Shown one piece after another: positions 21,231-30,512 of a stretch of 64,000 bases of DNA. Source of the DNA: Escherichia phage teqskov; sequence record NC_054934.1; one strand, given 5' to 3'. Numbering within the stretch: the stretch's first letter is position 1; every line of letters begins with the position of its first letter. The notes under the pieces were generated by a model, which did not search any database, was not told where the DNA came from, and worked only from the letters and a program-made list of their open reading frames with translations. The position numbers and the translations under genes are program-made.

Positions 21231-21556
21231 TGACAGACACTCAGCTTTTCGAATATCTTTATTTTTCGCCAAAAACTATTAAAAATAAATTGGTGAATCA
21301 TTTTGAAATTTTGGCAAATAATAACACTTTGAGCGAATTTTATCCCAAGCAATACAAATTACAAAAAGGTATATTCAAAGGATGCAGAGTTTTGTGCACT
21401 GCTCCTAATGCACGGCTAATGAATAAAATTCCATATTTTACCATGGAATTTATTGATGGACCTTTTAAAGGATTAATTACCCAAAGTTTAATGGCATATG
21501 ATTCTGAGCCATTTTTAATTAAAGAACAATCTTGGATAAATTTATTTTCTAATTGA
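21227..21556 (+). CDS. Hypothetical protein
   Basis: ~109 aa from ATG 21227 overlapping upstream stop. Confidence 0.4.
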   Translation: MMTDTQLFEYLYFSPKTIKNKLVNHFEILANNNTLSEFYPKQYKLQKGIFKGCRVLCTAPNARLMNKIPYFTMEFIDGPFKGLITQSLMAYDSEPFLIKEQSWINLFSN

Positions 21557-21563
21557 GGTTTAT

Positions 21564-21926
21564 ATGAAAGCATATCAAATTCTTGAAGGCACACATAAAG
21601 GCACTATTTATTTTGAAGATGGTATTCAAGCACGAATTATTGTCTCTAAAACCTTTAAAGAGGACTCTTTTGTAGACCCAGAAATTTTCTACGGTTTGCA
21701 TGCCCGTGAAATTGAAATTGAGCCACAGCCTACAGTTAAAATTGAAGGTGGTCAACACCTGAACGTTAACGTTCTGCGTCGTGAAACTCTGGAAGATGCA
21801 GTTAAGCATCCGGAAAAATATCCGCAGCTGACCATCCGTGTATCCGGTTATGCAGTTCGCTTTAACTCTCTGACTCCGGAACAGCAGCGCGACGTTATCG
21901 CTCGTACCTTCACCGAGAGTTTGTAA
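21564..21926 (+). CDS. Autonomous glycyl radical cofactor (GrcA/YfiD-like; T4 Y06I-type)
   Basis: 120 aa; C-terminal ~60 aa ([61 protein letters not shown]) matches remembered E. coli GrcA, with RVSGY glycyl-radical motif. Confidence 0.85.
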   Translation: MKAYQILEGTHKGTIYFEDGIQARIIVSKTFKEDSFVDPEIFYGLHAREIEIEPQPTVKIEGGQHLNVNVLRRETLEDAVKHPEKYPQLTIRVSGYAVRFNSLTPEQQRDVIARTFTESL

Positions 21927-22147
21927 TGGCAAAGATAATTATTGAAGGTTCTAAAGATGTGCTAAATGCTTTCGCCGAGTGGTTTAGTAATTCAGGCGAA
22001 CAGCAATTTAACGAAGCGTGGAATATGGGTGATATTGATGGAATTTATCCTACTACAGAAATTTCTGTTCAGGGATATGGCATTCATGAACCTATTCGTT
22101 TAGTTGAATACGATTTATGTACTGGTGAGGAAGTCAAATATGATTGA
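21926..22147 (+). CDS. Hypothetical protein
   Basis: 73 aa ORF, stop/start coupled to neighbours. Confidence 0.4.
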   Translation: MAKIIIEGSKDVLNAFAEWFSNSGEQQFNEAWNMGDIDGIYPTTEISVQGYGIHEPIRLVEYDLCTGEEVKYD

Positions 22148-22436
22148 AGATATTAAAGGTTATAAGCCACATACCGACGAAAAAATCGGTAAAGTAAATG
22201 CTATTAAAGACGCTGAAGTTCGTTTAGGACTTATCTTTGATGCTTTATACGATGAATTTTGGGAAGCATTTGATAGCTGTGAAGATGATGAACTCGCGAA
22301 GAATTACGCCGAAAGCCTCGATCAGTTAACTATTGCTAAACGAAACTCAAAGAAGCCAGTATGTGGGCTTGTCGTGCAGTGTTCCAACCAGAGGAAAAAT
22401 ACTAATGGCTCAATTAAGTGCAGGGTTTGGTTATGA
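22140..22436 (+). CDS. Hypothetical protein
   Basis: ~98 aa from ATG 22140 (ATGA overlap). Confidence 0.4.
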   Translation: MIEDIKGYKPHTDEKIGKVNAIKDAEVRLGLIFDALYDEFWEAFDSCEDDELAKNYAESLDQLTIAKRNSKKPVCGLVVQCSNQRKNTNGSIKCRVWL

Positions 22437-22683
22437 GTATTATACTGCCCCTCGTCGTGTATCTGTCGCTCCTAAGAAAATTCAAAGTCTTGATGACTTC
22501 CAGGAAGTAGTCCGTAAAGCTTTCCAGGACTATGCACGTTATCTTAAAGAAGATTCACAGGACTGTCTCGAAGAAGATGAAATTGCTTACTATGAGCAGC
22601 GTCTTGAACAGCTTAAAAACTTACATGAGGTTCGTGCAGAAGTTTCAAAGTCTATGAATAAATTGATTAGATTTAAAGAATAA
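22405..22683 (+). CDS. Hypothetical protein
   Basis: ~92 aa from ATG 22405 with GAGGAAA SD. Confidence 0.4.
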   Translation: MAQLSAGFGYEYYTAPRRVSVAPKKIQSLDDFQEVVRKAFQDYARYLKEDSQDCLEEDEIAYYEQRLEQLKNLHEVRAEVSKSMNKLIRFKE

Positions 22684-22685
22684 CT

Positions 22686-22715
22686 GTTTACTTTTCCTCT
22701 TGACTGTGGTATAAT
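22686..22715 (+). promoter_or_regulatory. T4 early promoter upstream of regB
   Basis: GTTTAC ... TGgTATAAT, then AGAGGAG SD. Confidence 0.65.
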
Positions 22716-22742
22716 TTTTCTATCAGTTAAGAGGAGAATAAC

Positions 22743-23204
22743 ATGACTATCAATACAGAAGTTTTTATCCGTCGAAATAAGCTTCGTCGTCACTTTGAGT
22801 CGGAGTTTCGTCAAATTAACAATGAGATTCGTGAGGCATCAAAAGCAGCAGGAGTCTCATCGTTTCATCTAAAATATTCTCAACATCTTCTTGATCGTGC
22901 AATTCAACGGGAGATTGATGAGACATATGTTTTTGAATTATTCCATAAAATAAAAGACCATGTTTTAGAAGTTAATGAATTCCTGAGTATGCCTCCGCGT
23001 CCTGACATTGACGAGGATTTTATTGATGGGGTTGAATATCGTCCTGGACGTTTAGAAATCACAGATGGAAATCTTTGGCTTGGATTTACGGTTTGTAAGC
23101 CTAATGAGAAGTTCAAAAACCCGTCACTTCAATGCAGGATGGCAATTATCAACAGTCGTCGTTTACCAGGAAAGGCTTCTAAAGCAGTAATTAAAACTCA
23201 ATGA
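22743..23204 (+). CDS. regB: Site-specific endoribonuclease RegB
   Basis: 153 aa; matches remembered T4 RegB in sequence and length. Confidence 0.88.
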   Translation: MTINTEVFIRRNKLRRHFESEFRQINNEIREASKAAGVSSFHLKYSQHLLDRAIQREIDETYVFELFHKIKDHVLEVNEFLSMPPRPDIDEDFIDGVEYRPGRLEITDGNLWLGFTVCKPNEKFKNPSLQCRMAIINSRRLPGKASKAVIKTQ

Positions 23205-23211
23205 GGTAAGC

Positions 23212-23757
23212 ATGAGAAAAGCACTACTCGCTGGTCTATTGGCCATTTCAATGATGGCACATAGCTCCGAGCATACTTTCAGTAATGTCCAACTCGATAA
23301 CATGCGTTACGCGTATCAATTCGGGGAACAATTTTCTAAGGATGGAAAATATAAAACACACAAAAATATCCACAAGAGCGGATTAGGTCATATAATGGCT
23401 GCTATTTTATGGCAAGAAAGCTCTGGCGGAGTTAATTTAAAATCTAAACCAAAGCATCACGCCTACGGAATGTTCCAAAATTATTTGCCTACTATGCGAG
23501 CAAGAGTTAAGGAACTTGGTTATAATATGACCGATGCTGAAATAAAAAGAATGTTGAATAAACGGTCCAATTCAGCTTCCTGGGCGTACATTGAACTTTC
23601 TTATTGGTTAAATATACATAAGGGCGATATAAGAAAAGCAATATCCTCTTATAATTCGGGATGGAATGTTAAAGCAGGTTCTAAATATGCTTCTGAAGTC
23701 CTAGAAAAGGCTAATTACCTTAAAAATAATAAACTTTTGGAAATAGTAAATGACTAA
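23212..23757 (+). CDS. Secreted lytic-transglycosylase-like protein (vs.1 position)
   Basis: 181 aa; signal peptide; WQESSGG and YGMFQ motifs resemble the SLT domain. Confidence 0.55.
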   Translation: MRKALLAGLLAISMMAHSSEHTFSNVQLDNMRYAYQFGEQFSKDGKYKTHKNIHKSGLGHIMAAILWQESSGGVNLKSKPKHHAYGMFQNYLPTMRARVKELGYNMTDAEIKRMLNKRSNSASWAYIELSYWLNIHKGDIRKAISSYNSGWNVKAGSKYASEVLEKANYLKNNKLLEIVND

Positions 23758-24091
23758 AATTTTGGTTTTATGTATAGGATTAATTTCATTTTCTGCGTTA
23801 GCAGATACATCATATACTGAAATTAGAGAGTATGTAAACCGTACTGCCGCGGATTATTGTGGGAAAAATAAAGCATGCCAAGCTGAATTTGCGCAGAAAT
23901 TAATATATGCATATAAAGACGGAGAAAGAGATAAATCAAGCAGATACAAAAATGATACATTGTTAAAACGATATGCTAAAAAGTGGAATACCTTAGAATG
24001 TTCAGTTGCGGAGGAGAAAGATAAAGCCGCTTGTCATTCAATGGTTGACCGTTTAGTAGATTCTTATAATCGAGGATTGAGTACTAGATGA
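23750..24091 (+). CDS. Small secreted protein at the vs locus (possible vs homolog)
   Basis: 113 aa; N-terminal signal peptide; assignment by position only. Confidence 0.4.
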   Translation: MTKILVLCIGLISFSALADTSYTEIREYVNRTAADYCGKNKACQAEFAQKLIYAYKDGERDKSSRYKNDTLLKRYAKKWNTLECSVAEEKDKAACHSMVDRLVDSYNRGLSTR

Positions 24092-24567
24092 TTGTAAAAT
24101 ATATCAAGGGCGATATTGTCGCCCTATTTCTTCAAGGTAATATTATTGCGCATGGGTGCAATTGCTTCCACACAATGGACTCTGGCGTAGCAGGTCAATT
24201 AGCAAGAGCCTATCCTAAAATTTTGGAAATAGATAAAACCACTACCGAGTACGGTTCTCGTGATAAATTAGGCGATATGTCTATTGTTTTTAAACATAAT
24301 CCTACAGGATTTGGTATATGCTATAACCTGTATACGCAATATGAACCGGGTCCTAATCTTGATTATGGTGCTTTAGTAAACTGCATGATAGAATTAAATC
24401 TACAGGCAGAAACCCTTTTGTTTAAACCAGTAATTTACATTCCACGCATAGGTTGCGGTATTGCTGGCGGCGATTGGGATAAGGTTTCTAAATTAATCGA
24501 CATGTTTACTCCTGATATTGATTTAATAGTGGTGGATTATGAAAGTACATTACCCGCATCCGTTTGA
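24088..24567 (+). CDS. Macro-domain protein (putative ADP-ribose binding/hydrolase)
   Basis: 159 aa; GDIV...IAHGCNCF..MDSGVAGQL and IPRIGCGIAGG motifs resemble macro domains (by eye). Confidence 0.55.
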   Translation: MIVKYIKGDIVALFLQGNIIAHGCNCFHTMDSGVAGQLARAYPKILEIDKTTTEYGSRDKLGDMSIVFKHNPTGFGICYNLYTQYEPGPNLDYGALVNCMIELNLQAETLLFKPVIYIPRIGCGIAGGDWDKVSKLIDMFTPDIDLIVVDYESTLPASV

Positions 24568-24751
24568 TCCTAAAAACAAAGTGGAAATTATTCGTCAATG
24601 GGAACGCATTTGCCGTACTAAATGTCCAATTAATAGTCCGCATGATGTAGATAAAGACTATATTGGAACATTCGTTGAATATACCTTTATTGATAAGAAA
24701 GGTCGTAAACAGCACGTAGAAGAATATTGCTTAAAGGTTACATGGTTATGA
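24539..24751 (+). CDS. Hypothetical protein
   Basis: 70 aa ORF. Confidence 0.4.
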   Translation: MKVHYPHPFDPKNKVEIIRQWERICRTKCPINSPHDVDKDYIGTFVEYTFIDKKGRKQHVEEYCLKVTWL

Positions 24752-24954
24752 GCCAAACAAGTATTCTTAAAAATGCCCACTGCGAAAAGTGTGAATGGCC
24801 GGTTGTTTTTGCTTTATGTAATGATGAAATGGCTTGTGATTTCGATTATTGGTGCTATTGTTCTAATAAAGGATGCATCAATCATAAAGGTGAAGGATTT
24901 TATTCAGGATTTTATCCTTATCCTGATTTCGTTAAAGAAGGTAAACCAAAATGA
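24727..24954 (+). CDS. Cys-rich small protein (putative zinc-binding)
   Basis: 75 aa with CxxC pairs (CEKCEW, CYCSNKGC). Confidence 0.4.
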   Translation: MLKGYMVMSQTSILKNAHCEKCEWPVVFALCNDEMACDFDYWCYCSNKGCINHKGEGFYSGFYPYPDFVKEGKPK

Positions 24955-25124
24955 ATAGTTTTGAGTTACAATATGAAGTGTTACGTGAGCTTGATAATTT
25001 AATTGAACTCGCTGTCAATAAAGGTTTTGCCATTGGAATCGGTCAAAAAGATACTGGTCATTTAACCATGGAAATATTTAAGCAAAAGCGAATTATTTTA
25101 AAACTCCTGGAAATTAATATATGA
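24951..25124 (+). CDS. Small hypothetical protein (57 aa)
   Basis: ATG overlaps upstream stop and stop overlaps downstream ATG; below the ORF-track size cutoff. Confidence 0.35.
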   Translation: MNSFELQYEVLRELDNLIELAVNKGFAIGIGQKDTGHLTMEIFKQKRIILKLLEINI

Positions 25125-25306
25125 GTCTGAGTAAAGAACAAAAAGATAAATTGTTTGAGCTTATCCATGAACTTCTAGATGAGCATACAGAAGCAAACAC
25201 CTTTTATGATGAATACGGCCCGCTATCTCCCGAACAACAGGAAGAATTTGCTGATCGGTTTGATAAGAAAGAAAACGAATTAATAGCTTATGTGAATACG
25301 CTTTAA
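25121..25306 (+). CDS. Hypothetical protein
   Basis: 61 aa acidic ORF upstream of tk. Confidence 0.4.
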   Translation: MSLSKEQKDKLFELIHELLDEHTEANTFYDEYGPLSPEQQEEFADRFDKKENELIAYVNTL

Positions 25307-25315
25307 GAAGGTGAT

Positions 25316-25897
25316 ATGGCGAGTTTAATTTTTACTTATGCAGCAATGAATGCTGGAAAATCTGCTTCTCTTTTGACTGCTGCGCATAATTATAAAGAAC
25401 GCGGAATGGGTGTATTAGTTCTTAAGCCTGCTATTGATACTCGCGATTCTGTCTGTGAAGTCGTTTCTCGCATTGGAATTAAACAGGAAGCGAATATTAT
25501 TACGGATGATATGGATATTTTTGAGTTCTATAAATGGGCTGAAGCACAAAAAGATATTCATTGCGTATTTGTAGATGAAGCCCAATTTTTAAAAACTGAA
25601 CAAGTGCATCAATTGAGCCGAATTGTTGATACATATAATGTTCCTGTTATGGCTTATGGATTAAGGACTGATTTCGCTGGAAAATTGTTTGAAGGTTCTA
25701 AAGAACTTTTAGCGATTGCAGATAAACTTATTGAACTAAAAGCAGTTTGTCATTGTGGTAAAAAAGCGATTATGACAGCTCGATTAATGGAAGATGGAAC
25801 ACCAGTTAAAGAAGGTAATCAAATCTGTATTGGTGATGAAATTTATGTTTCTTTGTGTAGAAAACACTGGAATGAATTAACTAAAAAGCTCGGTTAG
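25316..25897 (+). CDS. tk: Thymidine kinase
   Basis: 193 aa; P-loop AMNAGKS; C-terminal zinc-ribbon cysteines; matches T4 Tk. Confidence 0.93.
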   Translation: MASLIFTYAAMNAGKSASLLTAAHNYKERGMGVLVLKPAIDTRDSVCEVVSRIGIKQEANIITDDMDIFEFYKWAEAQKDIHCVFVDEAQFLKTEQVHQLSRIVDTYNVPVMAYGLRTDFAGKLFEGSKELLAIADKLIELKAVCHCGKKAIMTARLMEDGTPVKEGNQICIGDEIYVSLCRKHWNELTKKLG

Positions 25898-25939
25898 TGC
25901 AAAAGTTATAAATAGGTTTATCTAACTAAAGGGGTATAT

Positions 25940-26152
25940 ATGCTACAATTAACTGAAAAGCAACTTCGCAATCTTACTGTTCTTCAATTAGATGAAATTC
26001 GTAGGGAAGTTGGAAATGTTATTTCAGCTTTGCGTCGAGAAGTATCACTCAACCAATCTCCGGCAGACTATACTAGATTGCGAAATTTTGAAAAATACCT
26101 TGATAAAGTTAAGGCCGTGCATCGGCATAAAGTAAATACAGGACAAAAATGA
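25940..26152 (+). CDS. Hypothetical protein
   Basis: 70 aa ORF. Confidence 0.4.
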   Translation: MLQLTEKQLRNLTVLQLDEIRREVGNVISALRREVSLNQSPADYTRLRNFEKYLDKVKAVHRHKVNTGQK

Positions 26153-26164
26153 TAGGAGGCCTTT

Positions 26165-26458
26165 ATGGCCTTAAAAGCAACGGCACTATTTGCCATGCTA
26201 GGATTGTCATTTGTTTTATCTCCATCGATTGAAGCGAATGTCGATCCTCATTTTGATAAATTTATGGAATCTGGTATTAGGCACGTTTATATGCTTTTTG
26301 AAAATAAAAGCGTAGAATCGTCTGAACAATTCTATAGTTTTATGAGAACGACCTATAAAAATGACCCGTGCTCTTCTGATTTTGAATGTATAGAACGAGG
26401 CGCGGAGATGGCACAATCATACGCTAGAATTATGAACATTAAATTGGAGACTGAATGA
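26165..26458 (+). CDS. rI: Lysis inhibition regulator (antiholin) RI
   Basis: 97 aa with N-terminal signal-anchor; sequence matches remembered T4 RI. Confidence 0.85.
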   Translation: MALKATALFAMLGLSFVLSPSIEANVDPHFDKFMESGIRHVYMLFENKSVESSEQFYSFMRTTYKNDPCSSDFECIERGAEMAQSYARIMNIKLETE

Positions 26459-26841
26459 AATTCAGCGACTTTTCACAAAGTGGAAAACCTTCAAAGGCAG
26501 ATGAATACTTAGGTTTATTAATGGCTGCACAAGCTTATTTTCATTCTGCACATTTTGAAACTAAAAGTTATGCTAGACACAAAGCATACGATTTTATTTT
26601 CTCCGAGTTGCCAGATTTGATTGATAAATTTGGTGAGCAATATTTGGGGTATTCTGGTAGAAAATACACACCTTCAATTCCAGATGCCAGTAAACTTCCT
26701 ACCGACACAATTAAAATGATTGATCGCATACTAGACCAATCTAACAGCATTTATAAAGAAATGCCTCCAGCCATTCAAAGCACGATAGATGATATTACTG
26801 GAATGTTTTACCAGAGTAAGTATCTTCTTTCCCTCGAATAA
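26455..26841 (+). CDS. Hypothetical protein (rI.-1 position)
   Basis: 128 aa ORF overlapping rI stop. Confidence 0.55.
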   Translation: MKFSDFSQSGKPSKADEYLGLLMAAQAYFHSAHFETKSYARHKAYDFIFSELPDLIDKFGEQYLGYSGRKYTPSIPDASKLPTDTIKMIDRILDQSNSIYKEMPPAIQSTIDDITGMFYQSKYLLSLE

Positions 26842-26845
26842 CATT

Positions 26846-26869
26846 AGTCTCCTTCGGGAGACTTTTTTC
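26846..26869 (+). terminator. Rho-independent terminator
   Basis: agtctcc-ttcg-ggagact then TTTTTT. Confidence 0.7.
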
Positions 26870-26878
26870 ATTTTACCG

Positions 26879-26909
26879 GTTTACTTTCCGTTTGAGCTGT
26901 GGTACTATA
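26879..26909 (+). promoter_or_regulatory. T4 early promoter
   Basis: GTTTAC ... TGgTACTATacaac, shared with other copies. Confidence 0.6.
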
Positions 26910-26936
26910 CAACCATCGGATAAAGAGGAGAACATC

Positions 26937-27125
26937 ATGAAAATTGAAGCACTCAATCAAGAAGGAAATATCTACGTCATCATTAATGGTGATTTTTTCG
27001 TCGACATGGATGAAGTTACTAGTGAAGAACTTGTAGAATTTCTTAAGAAACGTTATAATATGTGTGATGAAGTTGCAACTCACATGGCGTGTGCAATATT
27101 CTCTCTTTCATATGTGGTGGAATAA
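26937..27125 (+). CDS. Hypothetical protein
   Basis: 62 aa from ATG 26937 with AGAGGAG SD. Confidence 0.45.
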   Translation: MKIEALNQEGNIYVIINGDFFVDMDEVTSEELVEFLKKRYNMCDEVATHMACAIFSLSYVVE

Positions 27126-27328
27126 TGATTAGTATCGAACAAGCGGATAAAATTAAGGAATTGGTAGCTTTAATTCGTAAAGCAGACGAGGAACGCATTA
27201 ACTTTGCTTGGTATTCATCGGGTATTTCGAATAAAGGCATTAAAGACTTTGAAGCTAAAGTTGATAATGCTTTAGAAGCGTTAGATATGTTTCTTGATGA
27301 AATTATCGATCATAATACGAGAGTTTAA
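27125..27328 (+). CDS. Hypothetical protein
   Basis: 67 aa from ATG 27125 (TAATG overlap). Confidence 0.4.
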   Translation: MISIEQADKIKELVALIRKADEERINFAWYSSGISNKGIKDFEAKVDNALEALDMFLDEIIDHNTRV

Positions 27329-27330
27329 GT

Positions 27331-27525
27331 ATGCTAACACGCGAACAGTTTGAAAAAATCATTAAATTAGCACGTGATATTGAAATAGATTCATATCAAT
27401 TAGCAGTTGAGCATTGTGAAGGATATTCATACGACGGTATAGAAGCAGCTAAAAAGGATTTGGATAAATCCAAAGCTAAGTTAGTTCAATATCTTGAAAT
27501 GATTAGGTGGAATAATGAAAACTGA
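27331..27525 (+). CDS. Hypothetical protein
   Basis: 64 aa ORF. Confidence 0.4.
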   Translation: MLTREQFEKIIKLARDIEIDSYQLAVEHCEGYSYDGIEAAKKDLDKSKAKLVQYLEMIRWNNEN

Positions 27526-27688
27526 AAAGCAGATGTTTTTAATGAAGCTAATTGAAGAATATGCTAATGCAGTTTCTGACTATGAGTATTCTGCTCGGGA
27601 AAGAGGTACAGCTTTCGCAAAGGAAGAAATGAAAATCATGGTTGATGCTCATACAAAGCTTCAGAATTTTATCGAAAACGTCATTTAA
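27515..27688 (+). CDS. Small hypothetical protein (57 aa)
   Basis: ATG 27515 overlapping upstream gene; below the ORF-track cutoff. Confidence 0.3.
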   Translation: MKTEKQMFLMKLIEEYANAVSDYEYSARERGTAFAKEEMKIMVDAHTKLQNFIENVI

Positions 27689-27690
27689 TG

Positions 27691-27720
27691 GTTTACAAGT
27701 TGGCAAGGTTATGGTATAGT
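27691..27720 (+). promoter_or_regulatory. T4 early promoter
   Basis: GTTTAC ... TGgTATAGT, same module as at 62544. Confidence 0.55.
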
Positions 27721-27852
27721 AATCTTGTCAACTGCCAAGGAGAAGAGAATGAAAGTTTTGTTTGTTGTGTATGTGATGATTCAATATAATTACCCAATGT
27801 TTACTTATAATCTGGTGAACAACATTATTGATATGATTCAGAGGAGTATGTA

Positions 27853-28398
27853 ATGATGGGCGAGGCGAAACGATTAGTATTAGAAGTTAGTTCACTTTTT
27901 GGTGAATTGGCTATAGAAAAAGTAAATAATATGTATCGTTTGACACAAGAAGACGATATGCTATATTTTACTCCTAACGAAATTATTCATTTAACCCAAA
28001 TTGAAAATTCTTATACTGATAAAATTGTAAGCATTAATGATGAGCATAAAATTCATTTTTATTCTTTATGCCCAGGATTTAACATTGAAAGCGAGTCAAT
28101 ATGCTTATCAATTAATAATTGGGATAATTTTATAACTAAGATTAAATATTTTTATTATTCTAATGAAAGAAAACACAGTTTAAAATGGCTTAAAAATTGC
28201 AATGCTATTATTACTAACGCTTGCGATCAGAATGATGAAACTGTTTTAAATGTATCAAAATGTTATGAAGATGGAGATGTCTTAACTATTCGTCAAATTG
28301 ATGATTTTCGAGCGCATATTGTCACATTTACCAAAGACGAAGCTATTGCACTAAAGACTTATCTTGATTCTGTTATTCCAACTATGATTTCAAAGTGA
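27853..28398 (+). CDS. Hypothetical protein, paralog A of a tandem pair
   Basis: 181 aa; shares GFNIE(S/D)E and C-terminal EAxAxxxYLxxVxPxM motifs with the next gene. Confidence 0.5.
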   Translation: MMGEAKRLVLEVSSLFGELAIEKVNNMYRLTQEDDMLYFTPNEIIHLTQIENSYTDKIVSINDEHKIHFYSLCPGFNIESESICLSINNWDNFITKIKYFYYSNERKHSLKWLKNCNAIITNACDQNDETVLNVSKCYEDGDVLTIRQIDDFRAHIVTFTKDEAIALKTYLDSVIPTMISK

Positions 28399-28404
28399 GG
28401 AAAT

Positions 28405-28926
28405 ATGTTTATTTCAAGTGGAAGCGGTTTAATTCGTGTTGAATTTAAAAATGACATCTTCCTTAGTCAAGGAGATGATATTATTAAAATGAGTTATGAC
28501 GAAATCAAGAAAATTTGTCATGCTCTTGAAAGTCATGGAAAAGTGAACGCTGTTATTGATATTGGCGATTTATGGGTGACACTTTATGAAGTATCCGAAG
28601 GATTTAACATTGAAGATGAAAATAACATTTTAGCTATTGATAAAAGAAGTGATTTGTTTGATGTATTAAAAGTTTATGAACAGTCAAATGGCGGAAGAAA
28701 AGCTGCATTGATTTATCAAAAACCGCATTCATGTGGAACTGCTTCAATCATTTCAAATATTGAAGATGAAGTTGATACTTATATGTGTGTTTTAAAAGCT
28801 GGTGGTGACCGTCATCCGGATTTTATTTCTATTCGTCAAAACAATGGAGAAATTTCATTATCAAAATCAGAAGCTGAAGCTATGATTAAGTATTTAACAA
28901 CTGTTACGCCTTCAATGAAAGGATAA
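28405..28926 (+). CDS. Hypothetical protein, paralog B of a tandem pair
   Basis: 173 aa; same motifs as 27853. Confidence 0.5.
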   Translation: MFISSGSGLIRVEFKNDIFLSQGDDIIKMSYDEIKKICHALESHGKVNAVIDIGDLWVTLYEVSEGFNIEDENNILAIDKRSDLFDVLKVYEQSNGGRKAALIYQKPHSCGTASIISNIEDEVDTYMCVLKAGGDRHPDFISIRQNNGEISLSKSEAEAMIKYLTTVTPSMKG

Positions 28927-28928
28927 TT

Positions 28929-29390
28929 ATGATTATTAATGAAAACTCTTGGCACTATAAATTATTCAAATTGTTTAACGATGAATGGCAACGACCTAAG
29001 ACACTATGCGCATATTTTTGGTCTATTGCCATTCCTACATTTTTCGTTTCTATTTTTGGATGTGCTATACTCGTAGGGCTAACAATTATTTGTGCAGAAA
29101 GCCTACAACGTTGGCTTATTTTTGGTAGTTTATGGACTTTGCTTCCATCAGCATTTATACTTGCGCTTTTGGTTGTTTTACTTATTATCGGTTCATTTGT
29201 TATTCCTGCACATTTGCGTGAAAAATATAAAGATTATAAATGGAAAAAGGATTATGCTTTACACGTAGAAAATATTGATAGGGCGTATAAAGGTTTACCT
29301 CCTATTCAACCTAAGAAATCGATTATCGTCGAATTTTTAAAAGCTCGTAAAGCTAAAGTATGTCCTGTTATTGAATATAAGGCTGAATGA
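28929..29390 (+). CDS. Membrane protein (two TM helices)
   Basis: 153 aa; hydrophobic stretches. Confidence 0.5.
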   Translation: MIINENSWHYKLFKLFNDEWQRPKTLCAYFWSIAIPTFFVSIFGCAILVGLTIICAESLQRWLIFGSLWTLLPSAFILALLVVLLIIGSFVIPAHLREKYKDYKWKKDYALHVENIDRAYKGLPPIQPKKSIIVEFLKARKAKVCPVIEYKAE

Positions 29391-30400
29391 TGAAAACAGT
29401 AATGAAAAGCTATTTTGGTAGTCATCTTTATGGAACTTCTACCCCAGAATCTGATGTAGATTTTAAAGAAATCTTTGTTCCTCCTGCTCGCGATATTCTT
29501 ATCGGAAATGTCAAAGAGCACATGAGTAAAAACACTAACAATACATCATCTAAAAACACTAAAGATGATATTGACCATGAACTATACAGTCTTAAATATT
29601 TCTTTAAATTAGCAGCAGATGGTGAAACTGTAGCATTGGATATGCTTCACACTCCACCTGAACTAGTGGTTAAATCTGATTTGCCTGATGTGTGGAAGTT
29701 TATTCAAGACAACCGTTCTCGTTTTTATACGACTAACATGAAATCCTATTTAGGATATGTCCGCAAGCAAGCTTCTAAATACGGTGTCAAGGGTTCTCGT
29801 TTGGCTGCATTACGCGATGTATTGAAAGTAGTTAATCAAATCCCTGAGCAATGGGTTGATTACCAAGAAGACGGTTCCATTAAGCAGCGTCGTACTAAAG
29901 TTGAAGATATTAAGCATCGTCTTCCAGAAAACGAATTCTGTGAATGGGTGTTCCATAATCATGAGAAAACAGGCCCACAGACGTTTTACACAGTGTTGGG
30001 TCGTAAATATCAGACAACGCTTTCTCTTATTGAGCTTAAGCAGTCACTGAACAAATTAGATGCTGAATACGGTGAACGTGCTCGTAAGGCTGAAGCCAAT
30101 GAAGGTATTGATTGGAAAGCACTAAGTCATGCTTGTCGTGGTGGACTTCAACTATTGGAAATTTACAAAACTGGCGACTTGATTTATCCACTCCAAGATG
30201 CTCCATTTATTCTCGACGTGAAGTTGGGTAAACATCCATTTAAAACAGTTCAAGAGTTTTTGGAAGATGTGGTCGATCAAGTAGAAGCAGCATCTACTGA
30301 AGCTTCTAAGAACGGTATGCAGCAAAAAGTAGACATGAGTTTCTGGGATGACTTCCTTGAGAAGGTCTATCTTGAAAACCACCGAAGTTATTATAAATGA
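29387..30400 (+). CDS. Nucleotidyltransferase-fold protein (Pol-beta superfamily motif GS-x9-SDVD)
   Basis: 337 aa; N-terminal GSHLYGTSTPESDVDFKEIF matches the NTase signature. Confidence 0.55.
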   Translation: MMKTVMKSYFGSHLYGTSTPESDVDFKEIFVPPARDILIGNVKEHMSKNTNNTSSKNTKDDIDHELYSLKYFFKLAADGETVALDMLHTPPELVVKSDLPDVWKFIQDNRSRFYTTNMKSYLGYVRKQASKYGVKGSRLAALRDVLKVVNQIPEQWVDYQEDGSIKQRRTKVEDIKHRLPENEFCEWVFHNHEKTGPQTFYTVLGRKYQTTLSLIELKQSLNKLDAEYGERARKAEANEGIDWKALSHACRGGLQLLEIYKTGDLIYPLQDAPFILDVKLGKHPFKTVQEFLEDVVDQVEAASTEASKNGMQQKVDMSFWDDFLEKVYLENHRSYYK

Positions 30401-30402
30401 TA

Positions 30403-30426
30403 GGGAGCCTTCGGGCTCCCTTTTTT
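30403..30426 (+). terminator. Rho-independent terminator
   Basis: gggagcc-ttcg-ggctccc then TTTTTT. Confidence 0.75.
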
Positions 30427-30448
30427 ATTTAAATTTTTTCACAAAATG

Positions 30449-30479
30449 GTTTACAAGCATAAAGCTTTGTGGTACTATA
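30449..30479 (+). promoter_or_regulatory. T4 early promoter with conserved leader module
   Basis: tttttcacaaaatgGTTTACa...TGgTACTATacaactatcaact. Confidence 0.65.
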
Positions 30480-30512
30480 CAACTATCAACTGATACGGAT
30501 TTGGAGAATAAA

